From the NCBI GenBank assembly GCA_973895155.1, contig OZ316895.1, positions 14,886,816 through 14,950,815 of the forward strand: DNA of 64,000 nt, in the 5' to 3' direction. The DNA is from Marsupella aquatica (Eukaryota > Plantae > Marchantiophyta). The position numbers were made by a program, and so were the translations under genes. Below the pieces are notes generated by a model. It was not told the DNA's origin. It did no database searches and saw only the letters and a program-made list of their open reading frames with translations. Below are positions 13,489 through 23,362 of the stretch, piece by piece (the stretch's first letter is position 1; each line of letters begins with the position of its first letter).

Positions 13489-16400
13489 TCATCAGGGCGT
13501 TATTCGTTATTGATAACGAAATCATGTATCTAGATCTGCTCAGCTCTGGGCTAGCCAGATATGTGGGCTAAGGGGGATTGATAGTAGGTCGATTTTTAGA
13601 TTTTCACTGATAAGTATCTGCTTGTCAGGAGCCAGAAGGCACCCAGTTTTGACAGATTGAGGAAAAGGTACAATAGTGCCTCAGAAAACGAAACGGCTCA
13701 TGTATCATAGTCTGAGTTTAAAGGCATGCTGCCAAACCTAATTGAACGAAGCGTTTAGGATTTGCCCTTTTCGTCAACCTTTTAAGAAGTGGTGCATGTC
13801 GTTTACACATTAATTGTCCCAACAGTCAAGAATACCAAAAGCGTATAGCTTGAGTTTGAGTCATTGCTCTAGTTCTGTACTGCCACGTGCTTATATGACA
13901 TTGTACATTTTGACGACTCCCTCTCAACATGAGATGACCTAACCTTCCTCAAACGAAAGCAGAGATTCCATTATTGAAAAAAAAGATCAGTGATTGCTTG
14001 TACGTGCCATCAAAACGAATCCAGCGAAGGGTTCTTCGAACTGGGAGCCAAAACGGTTGTTCTGCCAGAGAAGAGATGCACCTTCCCAACATGCAGTAAA
14101 TCTCTTTTAATTAGCTCGTCTATTTAACCTTGACATAATGACGTATGCATTTTACACGGCCCCGTAGTATTAGAGTGCTTAACAAACGAAAACTTACCTC
14201 AACTGTCTAACCCTGCCGGAGTGAACTAGCTACCGTAGCATTCTGAACGCAACTGCTGGAAATTGAAACTGAACTTGGAAGTTTTCAAGTGACTGATGGA
14301 TCGAGTCATCTGTAGCAAGATAATGGTTGGGTACCTTCCCTATCTGCAACGTGCAACGTTGCGAGACGCCTTCCCCAACTAGCAGATCCATGTGTAGAGG
14401 CTGATCGTTTCGGTGTTAGTGACAAACTTGAAAGGTTCGTCAGATCTTGACAGTTTTCAATCAAGTTGTCGAGATTAATATGTTTTTGGGAATATGTAAG
14501 TACGTCTTGGAACAGAAAATGCCAAAAGAGAAATACAAACAACAGTTCCTGGACCTATACAAGCTTCATATATTCTTGCCACTTTGATTAAACCAAAACA
14601 ATTGTATTTCCTTTCACCACAGCAAAGCCGTGCGTGAATTGGTCGTACGACACAAGACACTATACCAAAGCACGATTAGACGTCGATTGGGTCAACGCCA
14701 TTTAGTACAAATGAAGAAACTGCCGTTGAAGTTCTCAAATATTCTTCAGGCAGTTCTCGATCGGAAGTCTCCTCAGTCGCCTTGACAGTGCCGATGTGAT
14801 AGAATCGATTTTTACGCAACACTTGCAGCAGAGATCGCCTAAACAAAAGTATATACGACAGTTCTAAAACAAACTTCTTACAATTGCTTTCTTTCTGCTT
14901 CAAAGCGATTGCATTTCCTTCGACCAAAACAACACCATGCATGAACTGTTATTCAGACACATGACTCTATACAAAAGCAGACTATAAACAAGAGGTGGGC
15001 TGTCATGTTTGTGAGTAACACAAAAGAGTACAAGTACCTACGAAAATTGATGTAATATTTGATGTGAAGCAAGGTATGTTAGAGAGCGTAGTCAGAACCA
15101 GATTAAGCTTGCAGGGCAAGCAACGAAGATGGCCTGTGGCTAGTTTGCAGCATTCGGAGTAAAAATAGACTGCTTAAAGCTCCTGCCAATTACTTTACTC
15201 TGACAACAGCCCAGAAACCCTTTCAATGCCCTGCCAGTCCCCCAATAATTTGAGTCATCCTTGCCAGTTCAAAAGGACACTAGCTTCCTCCATTTTGAGT
15301 GAGGACACCCAGCCCGTGTAGCTCCTTGACCCTAAAGACAGGTTGCACCTCAAGTGGAAAGCTAACCAATCTCCCCTGTGTTTCCCTTGATTGCATCGGT
15401 GCTCTTCTGCTTCTTTTTGTCCCTTGGGGTACAAGGAGCAACTCGGGGACAAGTGTTGTCCTCTGTATATTTCTAGCCCCAACCTGTTGTTGGTAACAGT
15501 TATATCTATTGCTACATGGGACCAGACTAAGGGGGCACTATAGTAGAGAGATGCAAACCTAAGATCAACAGCAAGATGGTGATGCAGCTAAAGTAAGAGG
15601 GGGGCACAGAATGTAGAGGTGGTTGAGATAGCCTCCTTATGAGTGACTAATAGAGGGAGACTCTATTAGTTCCAACACTTGTATCAGTTGGGACCATAAC
15701 TTATGGTCTGTGACTCAGTTGGTGCTAAGTTCAACCCGAGGTTCCACCACCTGCCTCCCAATGCTAGAGAAGACCAGGTAGTGTAAGTATCAGGGTGAAA
15801 ACGGTAACTTTCATGTTTACAGCCTCAGATTAGTCCAAACTGTAAAAGATGCTATTGGAGAACTTATCTTGAAAAATCAATTATGATACATGTTCAGTCC
15901 TTTTTTCCCACACTAGGGATTTTCAATTGCTTTTCAAAGAGTTTAGGGTTTGTAGCCTCAGGCAATTGTAAGCTATAACACCCGCTGTGACTGGGTGTTA
16001 ACTATCCTAAACCACTACGGACATCTTCAAACAATATCTTCTTGACAGCCATGGTTTACCTTGTCTCATGATCAGGAACTCTCATAACACATGAAGGATA
16101 TATAGTTTAGTGGACCTCCTGGAAAGAGTTTATTTCCAGGTGGACCAAAAGGTCCAGATTCTCTCCCACTCTATAGACCAAACGTTTCATATTCTCTTTG
16201 AGTGGACTGCTCACTGGGCCCACTCAGACTACCTTGTTCTTGTGAGGTGCTCTACCACAAGGTTGGGCTTACCATGTAGCCTCATATGTACATGGCTGGC
16301 CCTGTGTAGTGACATGGCGAAGGGTGATTGTGCAGTAGAGGAAGTTTGTCATCACATTGGAGCAAAGAGGGGCCCGGGAGAAGGCCCGATGCAAGTGTCA

Positions 16401-17336
16401 TAGCCCCACGGTCTCCTTGCTTATGCAAATACATTGTGCACAATCATCCTTTATGCAGTCCAAAGGAAATTTAAAATTCAAATGTGCCTGTCCTTTGTGA
16501 AATCCATTGGGAACCAGTTTTGTTTCCCACTGTGTTTTTGTTTCATCAGTGTTTTTTTGATTTTACCCTAAACCCTTGAAGATGTGTGATCAAACTGCAA
16601 TGAAGGAGCTCCCTGCCAGACAACTTCATTGAGCCAATCTAGGTTTATGTCTCCAATTTCTTCAGTCACTACCCTTGGCACAAAAGCTTACTTAATTATA
16701 TGTCAGCGCTTGCAGCTGGTTGTAGAAACAATTATTTTGCTCCCTGGGCCTTAATTACAAAGACGCTCAGTGCCAAAGCCCGTCCATGATGGACAAAAGC
16801 ATGTAAAAGCCTGATGTGGATGTGTTCAAAACTGACACTAAGAAAAACTCTTTGCTCCCAGGCCTTACAAAGATGTTGGGTGCCAAAGCTAACCCAAAAT
16901 AATGCAAATCTATGATTGGATAACATACAATGTCACAAGTATCTATTTGGACCGGCAGTTGGATAACCACCCTGGTAGAAGATCCTTGGTCCTACCAACA
17001 AATTTCTTGTCTTATAAGGTTTTGCCAAATCTTACTATTTATAAGAACTTTGGCATGAATCCTGAGGGCGGACCAAGAAGTCTGTTGGGAGAGGTTTGAA
17101 ACTTTTCTGGTCCATTGGGAGAGAAAGCAGCTTCCAAAGGTCCACTATATAAGTATATCTCTCCATACTATACCCACCAGGATATTGGCCAGCCTGGCCT
17201 TTGTTTGATGAAATGCACACAACATATATGCTTCGTGATTCTATGGTATTAATGCATCCAGAAAATTAATGCAAATTAAAAAATATTATAGAAAGTGGCT
17301 TAAACCACAACTCATAATATTTAAGGAGTTGCGGTA

Positions 17337-18117
17337 CTGTATGGCCATAAATGAATAGCAGGGAACAAGGAAAGAAAAGATCAGGCAGGAAGACGAGGAA
17401 ACAAAACAAAACAGGAAAATTCATTCATTTTTTAAACGGAACACACCAGGCTGTAGATCTCCTCAAGATTTTTTCACTTGCACAGTCAATCGCCTTCTAA
17501 TGTGGATGGACAAGACTTTTAGAAGCAAATAGACAATGGACAGGATAGAATTCACAAGGGACCAAATTGATGACCACCATTTGAAGGCTTGGATCTGTTC
17601 TATTTTTCATTTGAAAAGTATTCAACCAGTTCCAACACAGAAAAAACCTATCGGTAGATCTCATTGATATCTTTCATCTGAGCCATAGATCAGCTACTCA
17701 GGTGGACAAATGAGATTTCTGGAGATGATACAGGCAGACAACTCAGATATTGTCTTCCCCACTAGATTGAAATTTAGAATTCAGCCAATCAGATGGCAAT
17801 ATTTGTTTTCCCATATTTTCTCACCATATATATATACATATGTTGACCCTTTTTGTCTGTTTTTTAGGTCAGACGTCTATGTTTTGAGGCACCGTTTGTT
17901 TTCCCATATTTTCTCACCCTTTTCGTCTGTTGTTTTGTGAGACGTCTGTGTTTTGAGCCGTAGGTAGGATCTGGCCGCAGAGGGCTACGGTAGGCACGGC
18001 TAGGAGCAAAAATTGAACGGCTTTGGGAGGCGAGGCGCAGCTGCACGTCCCAATGTTTTTGGGGCCCAGTGAAGGAGTTAATGGGGACTCTAGGTAACCC
18101 GGAGCCCCTTGTACTAG
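17337..18117 (+). mobile_element. 3' part of a non-autonomous Helitron-like element (5' end not located; may extend back towards ~15.2 kb)
   Basis: A GC-rich hairpin GGGGACTC...GAGCCCC (18083-18108) is followed by TTGTA-CTAG|T (CTAG 18114-18117). It contains copy 2 of the 6027-6440 repeat and a subterminal duplication at ~17800-17960. Confidence 0.55.
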
Positions 18118-18151
18118 TACTCGTACTTGTGTATTACTTGTGCTGTCTCTT

Positions 18152-18245
18152 TATCTCGTCAATCTCAACAGAACTTATTCGAGATGAGATCCAAAATACT
18201 GATAATCTCAATCTCGAGGAATTTCTGTTGAGTTTGGATGACATA
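18152..18245 (+). ncRNA. Candidate pre-miRNA-like hairpin (~94 nt)
   Basis: Pairings TCGTC/GATGA, CTCAACAGAA/TTCTGTTGAG, TCGAGAT/ATCTCGA and GAGAT/ATCTC, with single mismatches or bulges and a 14-nt loop. G-U wobbles occur on the + strand. Confidence 0.35.
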
Positions 18246-18543
18246 GTCATATAGCACACAAGCAAGGGTCGAACAACATCTTTGTGTTTGTTTGTTGTCG
18301 TGCATTTATCGAAGTCAACTTCTTTTTGTACTTGGATCGGTTTTGTCCATGGATCGGTTGTGTACTTAATTCAATCAGATTCTACCGATAGAATCAGTAA
18401 TTAATCCAGTAGAATCTGATGAACATTGGGATCTAACTCCCTGATGCAATTTCGTGTACTCCTGTAAGTTTTTTCTTAATGTCTCACGCGAAGTCCATGA
18501 TCTATACCAGGAACGCATGTGACCGGTAGAAACTTATGTTTCG

Positions 18544-18757
18544 ATATCGTCGGACCAGAAGAGCCACATATACGAGAGCGCTCCACAGGAGGTGGAATGC
18601 GATTGAGAGAACTACGTCGACCTATGTCGTGTATGATACATGTGTATCTAACAAATCTAAACAGGAACAAATCTAGTGTGGGGACTCATTTGCCTCGGTC
18701 TCGCCTATTAATTCTATAAAGTGAAATGAATCTAGCTTCGGGAGGGAACACAATTTC
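18544..18757. repeat. Dispersed ~215-270 bp repeat (copy 1; copy 2 at 30977-31248)
   Basis: ATATCGTCGGACCAGAAGAG, GTATCTAAC, TTGCCTCGGTCTC, CCTATTAATTCTA, GAATCTAGCTTCG and CACAATTTCT are shared collinearly and in the same orientation. Confidence 0.85.
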
Positions 18758-18847
18758 TGAAAAATATGTCATTGAGTTCGTAGCGCTTTCAGCGGAACGA
18801 GTTGCTGTACGTTCACTGGCGAGACTTCTTTCAGTGCGCCGCCATTC

Positions 18848-19274
18848 CTAGACGCACAGACAACTGGTTTGGGAATTCTCCGTGGTCTCAACTATGCCTC
18901 CGGAGCAGATGTCGAGAGTTGTCCAGCAACTTTTTTGACTCTCAGATCTGTAGCCTGAACGTGTTATAGTTTTTGCTATGGCTTAGAAATCAATCGCGGA
19001 AACAGCTAATTACCTGCAGCTAATTAACTTTTTACCTGCAGCTCAATACGACATGCATGGTTTTGGTAAACAGTTGCCCGGGAGATACTTGCAGAGTCCT
19101 TGTCGACGAGCCATCAGTTTCTTACAAGAAACCACATTGCCTGAATAGGGAACGCCGAGTATATCGCCTGAGCCATTTGTAACACGTACCTTGGATCAGT
19201 AAGTATTTTGACTTCTATCATACCTCTTCGATTGCATTATCGACAGCAAAAGAAACGCTGAGTGTCATGGACAT
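18848..19274 (-). pseudogene. Defensin-like cysteine-rich peptide gene, probably pseudogenised (absent from the ORF track)
   Basis: Exon 19140-19036 = (G)NVVSCKKLMARRQGLCKYLPGNCLPKPCMSY*AA. A GT-AG intron spans 19035-18955. Exon 18954-18848 = GYRSESQKSCWTTLDICSGGIVETTENSQTSCLCV*. The phase-1 splice is in frame and gives a CxxxC...CxC pattern, with TGA (19045-19043) at the Cys position. A putative exon 1 (19274-19224, 83-bp intron) is out of phase. Confidence 0.68.
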
Positions 19275-19963
19275 CTTCTGTATATCGCTATTACACTTAA
19301 AGTTTTCTCGATGGCTCATCTAAAAGTCATCTCCGATAACAATCAGTGCTCTAACTAAATTGACAGGCAACAGAAGACAGCGCAGAGGAAATTGCTCACA
19401 CACGAAAAGTGATTGCAAGTCGGTCGTGAAAAGATTGAGAGTAGAGATCTACAAAATTCCTGTGTGCAAGATAATACGTATATGTGGTGTCGACGACGGT
19501 ACGCCCATACATCTTACTTACGACGTGTTATCTTTCTTTTTCTCAAACTGCAGCGAACTCTACGAGTGAATCCCCAAACATAAACACATCCGGCAGATTA
19601 CTAGTACTAATACTAGCGAGAGCGCATGTAGTTTGCAATCGCAGGTGCATAATTGGAGGTCTCATTTAGAAGAAGAATACATGGAAACCAAGATATGCTT
19701 TCCATCTCAGTAAGCTGCTCATGGTTAAATTCTGCCCCTGCTGTGATGAAGAGGATAATTGTATGTGTGAACGTGAATCTTCACTACATATTACAACAAT
19801 ATTGCAAGGAACTGGCGATTTCATTGGGTTGTTCACACACCAAAATCTATGTTCAATATCTGTTGATTACTCATGTAAAATTGGTTTACTGTAGAAATAT
19901 TTGACTGGTCAGGCATTTATCGATCTTGCAATCGAGCAATGCTTGCACTTACTGGCTGAACGA

Positions 19964-20259
19964 TATTTGATTTGTCTATCGGGCATTAATTGATCAGTAT
20001 TTCTGTGGACTCTTTGATCTGTTCGGTCTCTCCAGCTTGTGAGTTATTTCAACCTTAAATCCATTGATTTGTCATTCCGGCATCCACGAACATTTGTATG
20101 GCAAGGATTAGATCTATATTTGATTTGTCGATCACGCAGTAATTGGTCAATATTTCTTAATCTGTTGGGTCTACCCAGGATGTGAGTTACTTCAGCCTTA
20201 GATCCATGGATGAGTCGTCCCGGCATCCACGAACATTTATATGGCTGAGTTAAGATCTA
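19964..20259. repeat. Diverged tandem duplication, 2 x ~145-150 bp
   Basis: TATTTGATTTGTC...TGTGAGTTA...CCGGCATCCACGAACATTT...AGATCTA occurs twice, starting at ~19964 and ~20116. Confidence 0.88.
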
Positions 20260-20355
20260 TCGATGGATCTCCATTACAACCGACTTACACGTAACGAAAT
20301 AGCAGTGCATTCAGTTTAGCACTTATACTAGGAAGCAGCCTCAAGTGCAGATCTG

Positions 20356-20574
20356 TGACAACGGGAAGTACAATCAGACAGTAGCTCAATAAGATAATAG
20401 CCCTAAAGCTAGTATTCCCCCTGTACGTAGTTCTCCATCTAATTTTTTTCCAGGGATTACTCACTGATATCCCTGGAAAAGAATCAGACGGAGAACTGGC
20501 AGGGGGATTACTAGCAGCTTTAGGATGATGGCTATCATCTTGAGCTACTGTCTGATTGCACTTCCCCGTTGTCA
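20356..20574 (-). ncRNA. Long foldback; candidate MIR or hairpin-RNA precursor (~220 nt)
   Basis: Arms pair almost end to end: TGACAACGGG(G)AAGTRCAATCAGACAGTAGCTCAA / TTGAGCTACTGTCTGATTGYACTTCCC(C)GTTGTCA, CCTAAAGCT/AGCTTTAGG, CCCCCTG/CAGGGGG, AGTTCTCC/GGAGAACT, CCAGGGAT/ATCCCTGG. Four A-C mismatches on + become G-U on -. A TATATA lies on the - strand at 20661-20656. Confidence 0.62.
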
Positions 20575-21790
20575 GCATTACCAACACAATGAACCAAACA
20601 GATACGCCCATAGATGGGCTCATTGCTGTTGTCGATCGATATATACTTCCAAGGGTATATAGCTAGTGGTGTCTAAATTATTTGGATTTCATTTTATTTC
20701 TCCCTGATGTCTAGTTGCCAGAGTGTATTGGTACATGTGAGACTTGCTGATTTTTATTGTCTTGGCTGGACGCAGGTATTTTTTAGAACAATACACGAAA
20801 TCACGCTTTGGTCGGTCCAGTATCCAGGTATGTATTCCATCAAGAACTCAATCAAGAACTCGATCTACACTGCATGTAGACCTTAGAATGTATTTTCTAA
20901 CTTCTTACTTTATCAGTTCTGCTGTTTGTGTGAGGTGAGTAAGTCATAAAAGCCGCCCCAGTTTCTCAAGCTGCATGCCGTCCTCGTCGTTTGATATGTA
21001 ATGTTTAACATGCATACTGAGAAATTCCAATTTTTTGCCTAGTTTATAAGAAAATCCCTTTCTGTGAAGTGTCGATTGGACACAAGACTCGATCCGTGGC
21101 TAGCTAGTTAGCTAAAATTGTAGGGAATTTAGGAGGACTACAAACCATAGTACGAATCATGGCTGGTTACTGTAGTCACGGTTTTATCGGATGTGTATGG
21201 ATGATTTAATACAGTTGTCCCCTCAAGTTATAGCGAATTAAAAAGCCCCTACACTAACTGCTCAATTCGCAAAGTGAGTTAAATGCCACTACATTAACAG
21301 CTTCAACTCTGTGGTCATGAGCAGATTGGTATTGCACGGGCTGTGATTGTCTTTGGTTTGTTATTTGCTCTTGGAGAGTTTCTATCGTCAAGCTGCAGGA
21401 CATGGTTTTACTTTCCCTCATACCATTTGTGAATTCTGTGCAAACTTGAAAGTTTTGGCAAAATAACTTACTGTTTCTCTCAGCCGTGGCATATCAGACA
21501 GTACTGTATGCCAAGGGGATGTTTGTGGCATTTCCAATGTCCTGGACAATTACATTAATGGTTCCAAAGGTTACTTCTCGATGTACAATGTTGTTGGACG
21601 CATCCCGTTGCAGTTCATGGATGAGAACAGAATCGCTAGATAGGATTTCTTAGTGACTTCTTTGGCAAACTGCTGCCTGTTTTGAATGGTACGTGGACCA
21701 AGTTATTTTTCAATCTACATCATGCCCAGTGTATATATAGGCTGTCTAGTTCAAACAATATAATTCATGCAGGTATTTTCATTGGTTCTA

Positions 21791-22970
21791 GGTGATTGAA
21801 GAAACGAAAGGTCGATCATGCAGGGGGAGGCAAGCTTTAACATATAAAAGAGTTGGAAGCGGAGAGGAGCCCTAGAGAAGGACGGAGGGAAGACTGAGGC
21901 AAAAATATCATATGCCAGACGGACATTTGAAGCGGGCATTGAATAACGTAACGGATCACGCTCAGAAGGCACGAAACAGATCGTACTTTCTGCTCATCTA
22001 TCGCTACCTGTTTCTGTTCATGTGCCAGTTTGGAGTCATTGGGAACCTAGTACATTCTTTGGTGAACATAAAGAACATAAAGAAAGAAGTATTGAATGCG
22101 GGTGCTTTGCAACCAGTCATTGGTCTCTTAAGGTGTTTTTCCATTTCCCTCATTTGTGGACCCGTTTTTGACTTACTGGTTCAACTCCGTTAATTCCGAG
22201 TTATTTTCATCCGTCTTGCATTCATCTAGAAAAACTTCCCTCAACCTTTGTGGCCTGTGGAGGTGAATTGCTTTGTAATCCTCAGTGGCTGTGATTGTCT
22301 GTAGCTCGCGTTGTCAAGAAAGCCAAAGAGAGAATGCAAGGTTGGTGAGGCTCTTTTGAAAGAACTCTGGCATTCAATAGGCAACGTCGTTTTGTTTATG
22401 TTCCAACTACACGTCAATTGTGGGCTGAGGACGCATTGTATCTTTGTAGGTTCACATTGTGCAACCTGGTGTGGTGCGACCTCTTGTTAAGATGCTGGAA
22501 GTGACCCGTCTTTGAACAACTTTATCAACTGACCGCACCACGTTGCACAATTAAGATGCTGGAAGTTGATAAATGCGATCAGTTGATAAAGTTGTTCAAA
22601 GACGGGTTGCCTGCACGCTAGCGCATTTGTGTTCTCCGGATGACCAGCGTACCATTTTTATTGACCATCATGATTACGGTTCCCTGCATTTTCAGATATC
22701 GCATTTATAAACAATCTGACTGTGAGATCAAGGTACCTTTTCGACATGGACTATATACCGGATGTGAATCTTTCTGATCATAAAAGGGTTTTCCATAATT
22801 TCTGCGTTCCGCTGCTGCAGGTATGGACATGCATTCATTTGGAAAGCTGAATTCATTCCAGAGTCCGAAACAAGAGCACGATGGTGCCCTAGCTGTTTAC
22901 AGACTTGCTACGAAACCGAACTGACTCACAGTCGCCCATAGATATAGCTAGCCCTCCTCCAACACCACAG
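21791..22970 (+). pseudogene. ARIA: ARIA/ABAP1-like ARM-repeat (ARM-BTB family) pseudogene, internally deleted and rearranged
   Basis: Exon relics: GVIGNLVHSLVNIKNIKKEVLNAGALQPVIGLL (22030-22132), SRCQESQRE, VHIVQPGVVRPLVKMLE (22451-22500), DKVVQRRVACTLAHLCSPDDQRTIFIDHH (~22585-22672), KQEHDGALAVYRLA...SPIDIASPPPTPQ (~22868-22970). Stops, frameshifts and missing ARM repeats; no BTB exons seen. Confidence 0.88.
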
Positions 22971-23234
22971 GTATAGCTCGGTATTTTGCTACTTAAGATT
23001 CTGAGAAGTATCGACTCAGCACCAACTGGAACAATCATGAACTCCTGCATGAGATAACACAATCTAATTTAGTATTACCCTATGACAGATAAACTTATGA
23101 GAAAACTTAGCCCCGAGACCTTGTGACCATCTCGAAATGATGTAAATCAGGCAGCAGTTTACAATCGGCGGCCCGGCACCGACCAATGTGCAAGAGGAGT
23201 AGTTCTTCCCCTGCAAACTATAGATTCTTGACAC

Positions 23235-23362
23235 TGTAATGGAAGAATGAATGATTACTGGTTATAGAATGTAGAATGATAGGATACATATAGATGTGTT
23301 GGGTGACTGGGTGATCCGGTCAACAGTTGTGTTAGTCTAGTAGTAGCAGGTAGAGTCTAACA
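23235..23362 (-). repeat. Putative 3' LTR (128 bp) of the copia element
   Basis: On the - strand a PPT-like AAGGGGGG-C (~23371-23363) directly precedes TGTTAGA at 23362. The segment ends ...ATTACA at 23235. No second copy was found to confirm the far boundary. Confidence 0.6.

Noticed and set aside
14170-17220. Exon-like fragments and short ORFs
   Set aside because: No recognisable domain and many stops; no product could be assigned.
18681-18720. snRNA-type USE/TATA promoter
   Set aside because: The USE-like sequence is in the wrong orientation relative to the TATA, and no snRNA sequence follows.
19043-19045. Selenocysteine codon
   Set aside because: Land plants lack Sec machinery, no SECIS was recognised, and exon 1 is also out of phase, so pseudogenisation is simpler.
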